Positions 9,521 to 19,706 of a stretch of 41,065 bases of DNA are shown here, in pieces. Location of the stretch: positions 1 to 41,065 of the forward strand of contig JAZLET010000022.1 in the NCBI GenBank assembly GCA_045615405.1, in the 5' to 3' direction. The first letter of the stretch is position 1. The number at the start of each line of letters is the position of its first letter. The translations under genes were made by a program, and so were the position numbers. The stretch comes from Candidatus Fimenecus sp. GTDB lineage: Bacteria; Bacillota; Clostridia; Oscillospirales; Acutalibacteraceae. The notes beneath the pieces were generated by a model. That model was not told the origin of the DNA, ran no database searches, and saw only the letters and a program-made list of their open reading frames with translations.

Positions 9521-10954
9521 ATGTTAAAGTCAACAAACAATGTAGAAAAGAATGTTTATGAGCTTGAAATCACTATTGATGGTGCAACTTTTGAGGCAGC
9601 AATTCAAAAAGCATACCTTAAGGTTAGAAAAGACATCACAATCAATGGTTTCAGAAAAGGCAAAGCTCCAAGAGCTTTTATTGAAAAAATTTATGGTGAA
9701 GGCGTTTTCTATGAAGATGCACTTGAACTTGTTTATCCTTCAGCAGTTAGCGAAGCTATTGTTGAATCAAAACTTGATGTTGTTGGTTCACCTTATGACC
9801 TTGAAGTTCCAGAAATTTCAAAAGATGGCGTAGTATTAAAACTTAAGGTTGCAGTTAAGCCTGAAGTTAAGCTTGGTAAATATAAAGGCCTTAAGGCAAC
9901 AAGACCTTCATGCAAAGTTACAGCTGATGAAGTTAAGGCTGAACTTGCAAATATGCAGGAACAAAATTCAAGAATGGTTAGCGTTGACGATAGAGCTGTT
10001 AAGAAGAACGATACAGCAGTTATTGATTTTGAAGGCTTTGTTGATGGCGTTGCATTTGATGGCGGTAAAGCTGAAAAATATGAGCTTGTTATCGGTAGCG
10101 GTTCATTCATTCCTGGATTTGAAGACCAAATTATCGGTCACAAGGTTGGCGAAGAATTTGATGTAAATGTTACTTTCCCAGCTGAATATCAAGAAAATCT
10201 TGCATCAAAGGATGCTGTATTTAAGATTAAACTTCATGAAATCAAGGTTAAGGAATTACCAGCACTTGATGATGAATTTGCTAAAGATGTTAGTGAATTT
10301 GATACTCTTGATGAACTTAAGAAGAGTGTTAAAGCTCAGCTTGAAGCAAATAAAAAAGCAGATGCTGATAATAAAATTGCAAACGACCTTATGGATGAGG
10401 TTGTTAAGGGCATAAAGGTTGATATTCCTGCAGCGATGATTGAAGCTGAAATTGATGCTATCGTTGACGAATTTAACTATAGACTTCAATCACAAGGTCT
10501 TGACCTTAACACATACCTTTCATACACAGGTATGGAAATGGCAGCATTTAGAGATGGCTATAAAGAAAATGCTGAAGACCGTGTTAAGTTCAATCTTGCT
10601 GTTGAGGCAATTATTAAGGCTGAAGGCATTGAAGCAACTGAAGATGAAATCAATGCTGAATATGATAATCTTGCTAAAGCATATGCAGTTGATGTGGATA
10701 CAGTTAAAAAGGCAATTCCTGAAGATTCAATTGCTGACACTGTAAAATCAAGAAAAGTAGTTGATTTTGTAAGAGAGAATGCAACAATTACTGAAGAAAA
10801 AGCAGCAAAGAAGACTGCTGAAAAGAAAGAACCAGCTGAAAAGAAACCAGCTGCAAAGAAAACTACAACAAAAAAGGCTGCTGAAAAGAAAGAACCAGCT
10901 GAAAAGAAACCAGCTGCTAAAAAGACAACAAAGAAGAAGGCAGATGCTGAATAA
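9521..10954 (+). CDS. tig: trigger factor with C-terminal Lys/Pro/Ala-rich extension
   Basis: N-terminal ribosome-binding GFRKGKAP motif and a central FKBP-type PPIase (FDGG ... IPGFEDQIIGH). At 477 aa it is about 45 aa longer than usual because of the basic repeat tail. Confidence 0.9.
   Translation: MLKSTNNVEKNVYELEITIDGATFEAAIQKAYLKVRKDITINGFRKGKAPRAFIEKIYGEGVFYEDALELVYPSAVSEAIVESKLDVVGSPYDLEVPEISKDGVVLKLKVAVKPEVKLGKYKGLKATRPSCKVTADEVKAELANMQEQNSRMVSVDDRAVKKNDTAVIDFEGFVDGVAFDGGKAEKYELVIGSGSFIPGFEDQIIGHKVGEEFDVNVTFPAEYQENLASKDAVFKIKLHEIKVKELPALDDEFAKDVSEFDTLDELKKSVKAQLEANKKADADNKIANDLMDEVVKGIKVDIPAAMIEAEIDAIVDEFNYRLQSQGLDLNTYLSYTGMEMAAFRDGYKENAEDRVKFNLAVEAIIKAEGIEATEDEINAEYDNLAKAYAVDVDTVKKAIPEDSIADTVKSRKVVDFVRENATITEEKAAKKTAEKKEPAEKKPAAKKTTTKKAAEKKEPAEKKPAAKKTTKKKADAE
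10817..10942 (+). repeat. two tandem 63-bp (21-aa) direct repeats inside the tig 3' end
   Basis: The unit gctgaaaagaaagaaccagctgaaaagaaaccagctgc.aa.aa.ac.aca occurs at 10817-10879 and 10880-10942. It encodes AEKKEPAEKKPAAKKTT(T/K)KKA twice. Confidence 0.85.
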
Positions 10955-10983
10955 TCAGTCATAAATTTATAGTATAAGTGTTG

Positions 10984-11015
10984 AAGAATTGTCCAATAAT
11001 TTAAGGGCAATTCTT
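10984..11015 (+). terminator. hairpin between tig and clpP (possible partial terminator)
   Basis: AAGAATTG(tCC)/(GGg)CAATTCTT stem with a 10-nt loop, followed by TTAATGCTTTT. The T-tract is weak. Confidence 0.4.
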
Positions 11016-11051
11016 TAATGCTTTTAAAAGTTATTAATTGGAGGTTATGTT

Positions 11052-11633
11052 ATGGCACTTGTACCATATGTTATTGAACAAACAAATAGAGGCGAAAGAC
11101 AATACGACATTTTCTCAAGACTCCTTAATGATAGAATTATCGTTTTGTCTGATGAAGTTAATGACGCAACAGCTTCTTTAGTTGTTGCACAGTTACTCTA
11201 TCTTGAGGGGCAAGATAGCGAAAAAGATATATCTCTTTATATTAATAGCCCAGGTGGCTCAGTTTCAGCTGGTCTTGCAATTTACGATACAATGCAATAT
11301 ATCAAATGTGATGTATCTACAATTTGTATGGGTATGGCAGCAAGTATGGGTGCATTCCTTTTATCATCAGGTGCAAAGGGTAAAAGATTTGCTCTCCCAA
11401 ACAGTGAAATTATGATTCATCAGCCATTAGGTGGAGCACAAGGTCAAGCAAGTGACATTAAAATTGCTGCTGAACATATTCTTAGAACTCGTGAAAAACT
11501 CAACAAAATTCTTGCTGAAAATACAGGCAAACCAATTGAACAAATTGCTCTTGATACTGAGCGCGATAATTGGCTTTCAGCTCAAGAAGCAATGGATTAT
11601 GGTATTGTTGATAAGGTGTTCTATAAGAGATAA
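11052..11633 (+). CDS. clpP: ATP-dependent Clp protease proteolytic subunit
   Basis: INSPGGSV and [12 protein letters not shown] motifs, 193 aa. Confidence 0.95.
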   Translation: MALVPYVIEQTNRGERQYDIFSRLLNDRIIVLSDEVNDATASLVVAQLLYLEGQDSEKDISLYINSPGGSVSAGLAIYDTMQYIKCDVSTICMGMAASMGAFLLSSGAKGKRFALPNSEIMIHQPLGGAQGQASDIKIAAEHILRTREKLNKILAENTGKPIEQIALDTERDNWLSAQEAMDYGIVDKVFYKR

Positions 11634-11644
11634 GGAGCTAATTT

Positions 11645-12943
11645 ATGGCTAGAGAAAACGATAAAGAAAGAAATGTGAGATGTTCTTTCTGCGGTAAAAC
11701 TCAAGAACAAGTTGAAAAGCTTATTGCTGGACCTGGTGTTTATATTTGTGACGAGTGTATTGAACTTTGTATGGGTATAATCGGTGAAGGTGAAATAGCT
11801 CCAAATAGAGGCGGCAAAAAAGTAAAACTTGAAGAAAAAGTCCTTCCAAAACCACATGAAATTAAAGCTGCACTTGACGAATACGTTGTTGGTCAGGAAT
11901 CTGCTAAAAAAGTTTTAAGTGTTTCCGTTTATAACCATTACAAAAGAATATATTGCGGCATAGATAATGATGTTGAAATTCAAAAAAGTAACGTTGTACT
12001 TTTAGGTCCAACTGGTGTTGGTAAAACTGCTCTTGCACAAACACTTGCAAAAATTATTGATGTACCTTTTGCAATTGCTGATGCAACAACATTAACTGAA
12101 GCTGGTTATGTTGGTGAAGATGTTGAAAATATTCTTTTGCGTTTAATTCAAGCAGCTGATTTTGATGTTGAAAAGGCTGAACGTGGTATCATTTATGTTG
12201 ATGAGATTGATAAGATTGCTCGTAAGAGTGAAAATCCATCAATTACTCGCGACGTAAGTGGCGAAGGTGTTCAACAAGCTCTTCTTAAAATCCTTGAAGG
12301 TACTGTTGCTAATGTTCCTCCACAAGGCGGTCGTAAGCATCCTCAGCAAGAGTTTATTCAAATTGATACGTCTAACATTCTTTTTATTTGCGGTGGTGCC
12401 TTTGATGGTATTGAAAAAATTGTAGAGAAGCGTGCGGGCAACTCAGCTCTTGGATTTGGTGCTGAAATTAAAAATAAAGCTGAATTTGAGCTTGAAGATA
12501 TTTATTCAAAGGTTATTGCACAAGATTTAGTTAAGTTTGGTCTTATTCCAGAGTTAGTTGGTCGTGTGCCTGTTATAACTGCACTTCAACAACTTTCTAA
12601 AGAAGATTTAATAAAGATTCTTTCAGAACCTAAAAATGCTATTTTAAAGCAATTTAAAGCGCTTTTTGTTATGGATGAAGTTGAGTTAGAGTTTACTGAC
12701 GATGCTCTTGTTGCAATTGCCGAAAAAACACTTGAAAAGAAAACTGGTGCTCGTGGCCTTCGTGGTATAATGGAAGGTGTTTTGATGCCTATTATGTACG
12801 AAACTCCATCTGATTATAAAATCGCCAAGGTGATTATTACTCGTGAATGCGTTCTTGACGGTGTAGCACCTGAAATAATTCGCGATGAAAATAAAAAACC
12901 AAGTATTCTTACTTCTAAGAAGGTTGTAAAAAATAAGAAATAA
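11645..12943 (+). CDS. clpX: ATP-dependent Clp protease ATP-binding subunit ClpX
   Basis: Zinc finger CSFCGK ... CDEC, Walker [15 protein letters not shown] sensor. Confidence 0.95.
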   Translation: MARENDKERNVRCSFCGKTQEQVEKLIAGPGVYICDECIELCMGIIGEGEIAPNRGGKKVKLEEKVLPKPHEIKAALDEYVVGQESAKKVLSVSVYNHYKRIYCGIDNDVEIQKSNVVLLGPTGVGKTALAQTLAKIIDVPFAIADATTLTEAGYVGEDVENILLRLIQAADFDVEKAERGIIYVDEIDKIARKSENPSITRDVSGEGVQQALLKILEGTVANVPPQGGRKHPQQEFIQIDTSNILFICGGAFDGIEKIVEKRAGNSALGFGAEIKNKAEFELEDIYSKVIAQDLVKFGLIPELVGRVPVITALQQLSKEDLIKILSEPKNAILKQFKALFVMDEVELEFTDDALVAIAEKTLEKKTGARGLRGIMEGVLMPIMYETPSDYKIAKVIITRECVLDGVAPEIIRDENKKPSILTSKKVVKNKK

Positions 12944-12950
12944 ACTACTT

Positions 12951-12978
12951 TAAGCCACAGTGATTACACTGTGGCTTA
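12951..12978 (+). terminator. hairpin terminator after clpX
   Basis: Perfect 12-bp stem TAAGCCACAGTG/CACTGTGGCTTA with a 4-nt loop. The downstream T-tract is poor. Confidence 0.6.
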
Positions 12979-12996
12979 TATGCATTAGGGTGAAAT

Positions 12997-13905
12997 ATGA
13001 AATCTAAAATTAAATCAACAATATTACTTTTTTTAACAGCAATTATATGGGGATTTGCTTTTGTTGCTCAACGTGTAGGTGCTGAGTTTGTTGGCGCGTT
13101 TACATTTAATGGCATACGCTTTTTGCTTGGCTCATTATCTTTAATTCCCGTAATATTAATTTTTGAGCGTGAAAAATTTGATAAAAGCAAATTTGTGAAA
13201 ACACTTATCCCAGGTCTTGTAGCAGGAGTAATATTGTTTGTCGCATCAACGCTTCAACAATTAGGAATAGAATGGACTGGTAGTGCTGGAAAGGCAGGCT
13301 TTCTAACAGGTCTTTACATAGTATTAGTACCTATAATTAGATTTTTCGGCGGTAAAAAAACAAGTGTTTTAACATTTGTTGGTGCAATATTTGCTTTTGT
13401 AGGTCTTTTCTTTCTTTGTATGACAAGCAATGGCTTAACTTTTGGTGCGGGAGATGTAGTCTTAATTATAGGTGCATTCTTTTGGGCAGCACATATTCTT
13501 GTAGTTGATAAATTTGTTAATGATATAAGTCCTTTAAAATTCAGTATGATACAGTTTTTTGTGTGTGGATTTTTAAGTGTTATATTTGCTGTTTGCACTG
13601 AAAATATTGAGCTTTCCGCAATAAAAAGTGCTGGCATACCAATACTTTATGGGGGTTTAATGTCGGTAGGTGTTGCGTATACATGTCAAATTTTAGGTCA
13701 AAAAAATGCAGACCCAACTTTCGCGTCAATTGTATTTTCAACCGAATCAGTATTTAGTGCTATTGGTGGCGCAATAATACTTAATGAGGTTATGAGTGGT
13801 AGAGGATATGTTGGCTGTATACTTATTTTTATAGGAATAATTTTATCTCAGCTCAATATTAATGCTTTTTATAAAAAAGATGAGCATAAAAAAGTTCAAA
13901 AATGA
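12997..13905 (+). CDS. EamA/DMT-family transporter
   Basis: About 10 TM segments in two similar halves, 302 aa, with a typical EamA N-terminus (LLFLTAIIWGFAFVAQR). Confidence 0.8.
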   Translation: MKSKIKSTILLFLTAIIWGFAFVAQRVGAEFVGAFTFNGIRFLLGSLSLIPVILIFEREKFDKSKFVKTLIPGLVAGVILFVASTLQQLGIEWTGSAGKAGFLTGLYIVLVPIIRFFGGKKTSVLTFVGAIFAFVGLFFLCMTSNGLTFGAGDVVLIIGAFFWAAHILVVDKFVNDISPLKFSMIQFFVCGFLSVIFAVCTENIELSAIKSAGIPILYGGLMSVGVAYTCQILGQKNADPTFASIVFSTESVFSAIGGAIILNEVMSGRGYVGCILIFIGIILSQLNINAFYKKDEHKKVQK

Positions 13906-13933
13906 CACTTTAGTTACAGTTTGCCTTAATTCA

Positions 13934-13962
13934 TTGACAAAAAGACGTCTATAGGGTAGTAT
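13934..13962 (+). promoter_or_regulatory. sigma-A-type promoter for the sugar transferase gene
   Basis: TTGACA (13934-13939), 17-nt spacer, TAGTAT (13957-13962). Confidence 0.45.
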
Positions 13963-14003
13963 TATTGTATAATTGAGTTTAAAATTCTTTCTTGGAGGAA
14001 TTT

Positions 14004-15374
14004 ATGAATATATTATATAAATTTCAAAAATCAATTGTTTTTATATTAAAAACAATAATGTATATTTTATTAACCGCAACATTCTTCTTGATTTTTGCAA
14101 CTGAATATGAATGGATTATTCATCTTTCAAGAACAGCTGGTGTTACATTTGTTACATTCTGCGTACTTGAAACAGCACTTGTGTCTATTTATGGTGGTTA
14201 TGCCATAGGAAGACTTAAAAGTAAACCCATTGTAATGTCTTTGGCTCTTGCAACTTTCGCAACTGATATTGTTACTCATCTTCAGCTTTGCATTATGAAC
14301 GTTAACGAAAATAATAACGATTTTTTTGTGTATGAGTCACCACATCTTTTAATTCTTGTAATGCTTATACAAGGTATTTTAATTTTATTCTTTGCTTATT
14401 TTGGTAACTATGTTTATTTTACAATCAATCCACCAGAAAAATGCTGCATTATTACAAGTTCCGAAGAATCTCTTAACAACATAGTACCTAAGGTTAAAAA
14501 ATATAAAAAACAATATAATATTGTTCATATGATTCATTATACATCAAGAAATGCTTTTGATATTATTAATGAGTGTGATACAATTTTCTTGTACGATATT
14601 CCTGCTAACGAAAGAACACTTTTAAATGAGTATTGTTACGCTAAAAATAAGAATATTTATTACAATTTTGAAATGAACGATATTGTCATGCTTGGTGCCA
14701 AAGCAGCGCTTCTTGATGATAAACCATTAGTTTCAGCAATTGTTCGTGATTTAACCTTTGAGCAAAGATTCGTTAAAAGATTAATGGATATTGTTATCTC
14801 AGGTTTGGGCTTAGTTGTATGTGGTCCAATTATGCTTGTTTGTGCAATTCTTATAAAAGCGGAAGATGGCGGTAGCGTATTCTTTAGACAGTTGCGAGCA
14901 ACTAAGGGCGGAGAGTTATTTAATGTTTATAAATTCCGTACTATGAAAGAGGAAAATGCTGAAAATCGCTCAGTTACTTCAGATGATGATAGAATTACAA
15001 AGATAGGTAAATATCTTAGAAAATTCCGCATTGACGAATTACCACAACTCATTAATATCATTAAAGGTGAAATGAGTGTAGTAGGTCCTAGACCTGAAAT
15101 GGTTGAAAATGTTGATAAATACACACAAGAATTACCTGAATTCTCATATAGATTACGCGTTAAGGGTGGACTTACAGGTTACGCACAAATTGCTGGAAAA
15201 TACAATACATCACCAAAGGACAAGCTTGTTCTTGACTTAATGTATATTGAAAAATATAGTTTGTGGTTAGACTTTAAATTAATAATGCAAACTGTCACAG
15301 TGTTGCTTAGAGCAGGTGACAGTACAAAAGCATTCTCAAAACAAAAAAATAAATATCATTTTACTGAAAAATAA
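14004..15374 (+). CDS. polyprenyl-phosphate glycosyl-1-phosphate transferase (WbaP/EpsL-type bacterial sugar transferase)
   Basis: N-terminal multi-TM region plus a C-terminal Bac_transf core (KRLMDIV ... FRQLR ... YKFRTM ... DELPQLINIIKGEMSVVGPRP). ATG 14004 follows TTGGAGGAA. Confidence 0.85.
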   Translation: MNILYKFQKSIVFILKTIMYILLTATFFLIFATEYEWIIHLSRTAGVTFVTFCVLETALVSIYGGYAIGRLKSKPIVMSLALATFATDIVTHLQLCIMNVNENNNDFFVYESPHLLILVMLIQGILILFFAYFGNYVYFTINPPEKCCIITSSEESLNNIVPKVKKYKKQYNIVHMIHYTSRNAFDIINECDTIFLYDIPANERTLLNEYCYAKNKNIYYNFEMNDIVMLGAKAALLDDKPLVSAIVRDLTFEQRFVKRLMDIVISGLGLVVCGPIMLVCAILIKAEDGGSVFFRQLRATKGGELFNVYKFRTMKEENAENRSVTSDDDRITKIGKYLRKFRIDELPQLINIIKGEMSVVGPRPEMVENVDKYTQELPEFSYRLRVKGGLTGYAQIAGKYNTSPKDKLVLDLMYIEKYSLWLDFKLIMQTVTVLLRAGDSTKAFSKQKNKYHFTEK

Positions 15375-15398
15375 GGACTTTTAAGTCCTTATTTTATT
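15373..15398 (+). terminator. rho-independent terminator
   Basis: AAGGACT/AGTCCTT stem with a 4-nt loop, followed by ATTTTATT. It overlaps the stop codon. Confidence 0.6.
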
Positions 15399-15425
15399 GT
15401 TTATATTTATTTTTTGTGTTATACT
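15397..15425 (+). promoter_or_regulatory. sigma-A-type promoter for the LCP-like/TGase-like/fol operon
   Basis: TTGTTT (15397-15402), 17-nt spacer, TGtTATACT extended -10 (15420-15425). This would exclude the ORF-track TTG start at 15414. Confidence 0.45.
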
Positions 15426-15455
15426 AAATTAAATATAGATGAATATGGTGTAGAT

Positions 15456-16277
15456 ATGAAAAATAATTTTAATAAATCTACAATTAAATACTTTTTAATT
15501 TCTTTTTTTATATTCGTTGTGATTTTAGGTGCATGTTCAATTGCTTTGTTTATGCATTCTCTTGATTATGATTTTTCTAATCTTGTAGATAATTCAACAA
15601 CTACTACTGAAAATTTTGAAGAAGAATCCGTAACTATTAATTCTACTAAAGAGCTTACTGGAAAATCAAATATTCTTTTTATTATAGAAAAGAATGATGG
15701 TTTGGATTTCGCTTTTATTGTAGCAACTGATTTTGAAAAACAGTCAATGCTGGTCAAATGTATAGATGGTAGAGATAATTTAAATTATCAAAATAGAATG
15801 TTGAAATTTAGCAGTGTTTATGAAAATTATTATGAGGTTGGTGCTAAAAACGCTGTATTTGAAAATTATGGAATTGCAATAGATAAGTTTGTTGTATTTA
15901 ATGAAAAACAATTTGAAGATGTACTTTCATTGTTTAATGGTTTTTCAATTGATGTTAAAAGTGATATTAACTATAAATCCCACAAATTTAATTTGACTCT
16001 TTCAAAGGGTTTACAAGAGTTATCTCCGGATTTGACATATAAGTATTTGCAAATTAGTGATAATTCAACTCGCGAGAATATTGTTTGTGGCATAATTAAG
16101 TCAGTTCTTGTGACGGAATATGCTGAGAAGTCGGATAAACTTTTTACTTCTTTTGTTAATTTGTGTTATACCGATATTTCAGTTGTTGACTATTCAGAAA
16201 GTATTGATACACTTAAAACTTATTGTAACGCCAATGATAAATTTTATCCCATTGCGATGGAGGTAGATGCAAAATGA
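15456..16277 (+). CDS. membrane-anchored LytR/CpsA/Psr (LCP)-like protein, divergent
   Basis: One N-terminal TM segment. The layout NILFII ... FAFIVATD ... LVKCIDGRD ... YGIAIDKFVVFNEKQFEDVLSLFNGFSIDV resembles the LCP fold pattern, but the usual Arg/Asp positions look substituted. Confidence 0.4.
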   Translation: MKNNFNKSTIKYFLISFFIFVVILGACSIALFMHSLDYDFSNLVDNSTTTTENFEEESVTINSTKELTGKSNILFIIEKNDGLDFAFIVATDFEKQSMLVKCIDGRDNLNYQNRMLKFSSVYENYYEVGAKNAVFENYGIAIDKFVVFNEKQFEDVLSLFNGFSIDVKSDINYKSHKFNLTLSKGLQELSPDLTYKYLQISDNSTRENIVCGIIKSVLVTEYAEKSDKLFTSFVNLCYTDISVVDYSESIDTLKTYCNANDKFYPIAMEVDAK

Positions 16278-17449
16278 AAAAAATACTATATAGAATTTTT
16301 ATTTTATTGTGTGTAATTACAATTTCTTACAATGGTATTAGAATTGTTTCAGTTTTACTTGAACAAAAGGCATTAAACGATGCGATTGATAACGACCAGT
16401 ATACTGCTCAGGAATATCAAAATTTTCAAGAAGAGCTTGCAAGTAAGACGTTTTATTATTATCATAATTTAACTGAAGAGCAAAAAGATGCGTATGTAAC
16501 AATTTATTGCTCCGCCTATGATTATGATGAAAGCTGTAAGGTTAGAATTACTGAAGAAGATTTACATATGATTGTTGATGCAGTAGTTGATGATAATTCA
16601 AATCTTTTTTGGTTAACTGGTGGATACAAATATACTGTGTATCCTGATTATGTTGAAATTGTTTATGAGTATAGATTTGAAGAAAAAGAAATTAAGGACA
16701 CATTAAAAGAATTAGAAAAGAAAGTTGATAAGATAATTTCTGAAATGCCTCAGTTTGCAACGGATTTTGAAAAAGAACTTTACTTACATGATTATATTTG
16801 TGAAAATACCGTATATGATAAATCAACAATAGGCACGACTGGTCAAAGTGCTCATGGTGCGTTGCTTGATGGTAGAACCGTTTGTGAGGGTTACGCACGT
16901 GCAATGCAAATGTTGCTAGACGAAGTTGGAATTAGGAATTATTTGATTAGAGGTAATGCCTTAGGTGATGGCGGATATGATGCACATATGTGGAATATTG
17001 TTGAAATAGATGGCTATAATTATCACCTTGACCCAACATGGAATGATGGTGCGTTTACAGACGATAAGGGATATTTTTATTTCAATGTGCCTGATTCATA
17101 TATCATGAAAACACATAAGGATTTTTCAGTTGAGAATACAAATTGTATGTATAACACTGCTAATTACTATGTGAAAATGAATTCATATGTAAAAAACTTT
17201 ACTGGTTTTGCAGGACTAATTGATGTTACTGCGAAGGTGCTTTCAACTGGTGAAAATGAGGTTGAATTTGTATTTGAAAATAGTAGCGATTACAAACGTG
17301 CAGTTGCTGAAATTGAAAATGATTCAAAGTTTTTTTACTATGTTAGAAATTCAGTAAATAAAAGCGGACGCAATCTTAATAAAAATAAACTGACATATAG
17401 CACGGTTGATGAATACAATTATTTAAGTATTAATTTTAAAGAAGGTTGA
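16274..17449 (+). CDS. transglutaminase-like (Cys-His-Asp) domain membrane protein
   Basis: N-terminal TM segment. CEGYARAMQMLL ... AHMWNIVEIDG ... HLDPTW is the transglutaminase-core triad pattern. The ATGA start overlaps the upstream gene. Confidence 0.7.
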   Translation: MKKILYRIFILLCVITISYNGIRIVSVLLEQKALNDAIDNDQYTAQEYQNFQEELASKTFYYYHNLTEEQKDAYVTIYCSAYDYDESCKVRITEEDLHMIVDAVVDDNSNLFWLTGGYKYTVYPDYVEIVYEYRFEEKEIKDTLKELEKKVDKIISEMPQFATDFEKELYLHDYICENTVYDKSTIGTTGQSAHGALLDGRTVCEGYARAMQMLLDEVGIRNYLIRGNALGDGGYDAHMWNIVEIDGYNYHLDPTWNDGAFTDDKGYFYFNVPDSYIMKTHKDFSVENTNCMYNTANYYVKMNSYVKNFTGFAGLIDVTAKVLSTGENEVEFVFENSSDYKRAVAEIENDSKFFYYVRNSVNKSGRNLNKNKLTYSTVDEYNYLSINFKEG

Positions 17450-17453
17450 TTAA

Positions 17454-18017
17454 ATGGATAAGCAAAGAATTGAAAACGCTTTTCGTGAAATATTGTTAGC
17501 AATAGGTGAGGACCCTGATAGAGAGGGGTTGCAAGAAACTCCCAAGCGTGTTGCAAATATGTATGAGGAAATCTTTTCAGGACTTAGTGAAGACCCTGAA
17601 AAGCACCTTAAAATGTTCCGCGAAGGACAAAGTGACGAGATTGTAATTGTGCGTGATATTCCAATGTATTCAATGTGTGAGCATCATTTCTTACCTTTTG
17701 TTGGTAAAGCACATATTGCTTACATACCTAACGATGATGGTCTTGTAATTGGTCTTTCTAAGCTTGCGAGAATAGTAAATACATATGCAAGAAGACCTCA
17801 ACTTCAAGAAAGATTAACAGCACAAATTGCGGATTTTATCCAAGATTCAATGAATCCAAAAGGCGTTGCAGTTGTTGTTGAGGCAGAGCATTTGTGTATG
17901 ACAATGCGCGGAATAAGAGCAGCCGGCTCAAAAACTCAAACATCAGCGCTTAGAGGTTCAATGAGAAAGGATGCACGAACAAGAGCCGAAGTAATGACTC
18001 TTTTAGGAATAAAATGA
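17454..18017 (+). CDS. folE: GTP cyclohydrolase I
   Basis: [11 protein letters not shown] and HLCMTMRG motifs, 187 aa. Its SD (GAAGG) lies inside the last codons of the upstream gene. Confidence 0.93.
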   Translation: MDKQRIENAFREILLAIGEDPDREGLQETPKRVANMYEEIFSGLSEDPEKHLKMFREGQSDEIVIVRDIPMYSMCEHHFLPFVGKAHIAYIPNDDGLVIGLSKLARIVNTYARRPQLQERLTAQIADFIQDSMNPKGVAVVVEAEHLCMTMRGIRAAGSKTQTSALRGSMRKDARTRAEVMTLLGIK

Positions 18018-18841
18018 TTTTTAGTGGAAAAAATTTTAGTTTTGAATTAGGTCAAAAGACCTATATTATGGGCATCTTGAATGTTACAAGCGATTCTTTT
18101 GCTGATGGTGGTAAATACAATTCACCTGAAAAAGCGAAAGAACATGTACGCGAAATGCTGTTACAAGGTGCAAATATAATTGACATAGGTGCCCAAAGTA
18201 CAGGTCCTAATAGTAAATTACTGAGTGCCAAGGAAGAACTTAATATTCTAAAAAACTATTTACCATTTTTGGCAAATGAATTTGAGTGCATTTTTTCTGT
18301 TGATACTTTTTACCCAGAAGTTGCTGACTATGCTTTGAAAAATGGTGCTTCAATCGTTAATGATGTGAGCGGTACGTTTAATAGTGAAATGGCAAAACTT
18401 GTACGTGAGTATGATTGCGGTTGGATTATCACTCATACGGGTGGCGGTACTGCGAAAATTATACCGCAATATACTATAAATATAACTGACGATATTATTT
18501 ATTTCTTTGATGAAACACTTAAAAAATGTACTGAGTTTAAAATTCCACACAATAGAATAATGCTTGATATTGGAATTGGTTTTGGAAAAACATACGAGCA
18601 TAATTTAGAAGCAATTAGGAATATAAAATCAATTAAACGCGATAATGTTGCATTACTTACTGCTTTATCATTAAAAAGAGTGGTTGGTACGGCAACAAAT
18701 AGTGAAGATGAAGATAGAGTTTACGGCACAATTTCTGCTAATGCTTTAGCAATAGCAGGGGGTACTGATTTTATTAGAGTACATAATGTTAAAGAAGCTG
18801 TGTTAGGTGCAAAAATGGCTGATGCCATAGTTAGAGGTTAA
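18014..18841 (+). CDS. folP: dihydropteroate synthase
   Basis: [23 protein letters not shown] and IGFGKT motifs. ATGA overlap with folE. Confidence 0.92.
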   Translation: MIFSGKNFSFELGQKTYIMGILNVTSDSFADGGKYNSPEKAKEHVREMLLQGANIIDIGAQSTGPNSKLLSAKEELNILKNYLPFLANEFECIFSVDTFYPEVADYALKNGASIVNDVSGTFNSEMAKLVREYDCGWIITHTGGGTAKIIPQYTINITDDIIYFFDETLKKCTEFKIPHNRIMLDIGIGFGKTYEHNLEAIRNIKSIKRDNVALLTALSLKRVVGTATNSEDEDRVYGTISANALAIAGGTDFIRVHNVKEAVLGAKMADAIVRG

Positions 18842-18842
18842 T

Positions 18843-19205
18843 ATGGATAAGATTATTGTAAAAGATTTAGAATTATTTTGTTATCATGGAGTAAATCCAG
18901 AAGAAAAAGAAGATGGTCAAATTTTTGTTTTTGATATTGAGGCTAGTGCCGATTTGTCAAAACCTTGCTTGACCGATAATGTTGACGACACAGTTAGTTA
19001 TGCTAAAATCATAAAAACCGTACGTAGGGTTGCGCAAAGCGAAAAAAATGATTTGATTGAACGTGTTGCACAAAGGGTAGCTGATGAATTATTCAATGAT
19101 TTTGAAAAAATTAAAACCCTTAAAATTACATTAAAAAAACCACAAGCGCCAATTAAGGCGGACTTTAATTATGTTGCTGTAGAAATTGAAAGGGCAAGAG
19201 TATGA
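18843..19205 (+). CDS. folB: dihydroneopterin aldolase
   Basis: 120 aa, with GVNPEEKEDGQIF and DDTVSY patterns. Lies in a folate-operon context. Confidence 0.85.
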   Translation: MDKIIVKDLELFCYHGVNPEEKEDGQIFVFDIEASADLSKPCLTDNVDDTVSYAKIIKTVRRVAQSEKNDLIERVAQRVADELFNDFEKIKTLKITLKKPQAPIKADFNYVAVEIERARV

Positions 19206-19693
19206 TTGCATATTTAGGTATAGGCACAAATATTGGTGACCGTTTGCAAAACTTAATTAATGCGGTTGAAGCAATTAATCTTTTGCCAATGACAAAGGTT
19301 AATGAGGTTTCAAATATTTATGAAACTGAGCCTGTTGATTATGATAATCAAGATGATTTTTTAAATATTGTAATTTCAGTTTCAACTGAGCTTAATGCCC
19401 ATAATCTTCTTGGAGCCGCATTAGGTATAGAAGCAGGCATGGGTAGGGTACGTACTATTAAAAACGGACCACGAGTTATTGATATTGATTTGCTTTTATA
19501 TGGTAATGAAAAGTATGATACTGAAACCCTTGTGTTGCCACATCCAAGGATGTTAAATAGAAATTTTGTGCTTAAACCTTTGTTGGATTTAAAATTAGAT
19601 AGCAATATATATTCAGTAGAATATTTAAAGGGCTTGTTGTCAAGCGAGGGCGTTAAGTTGTTTTGTGATAACAAGTGCTTTAATATTAAATAG
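19202..19693 (+). CDS. folK: 2-amino-4-hydroxy-6-hydroxymethyldihydropteridine pyrophosphokinase
   Basis: GPRVIDIDLLLYG and LPHPRMLNRNFVLKPL motifs. ATGA overlap with folB. Confidence 0.9.
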   Translation: MIAYLGIGTNIGDRLQNLINAVEAINLLPMTKVNEVSNIYETEPVDYDNQDDFLNIVISVSTELNAHNLLGAALGIEAGMGRVRTIKNGPRVIDIDLLLYGNEKYDTETLVLPHPRMLNRNFVLKPLLDLKLDSNIYSVEYLKGLLSSEGVKLFCDNKCFNIK

Positions 19694-19706
19694 AATTTGG
19701 TGACTT

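Noticed and set aside
10558-11010. 150-aa minus-strand ORF antisense to the tig 3' end
   Set aside because: Its Phe/Ala/Gly-rich repeats are simply the reverse-complement reading of the Lys/Pro/Ala repeat codons. It has no SD and lies wholly inside a confidently assigned gene.
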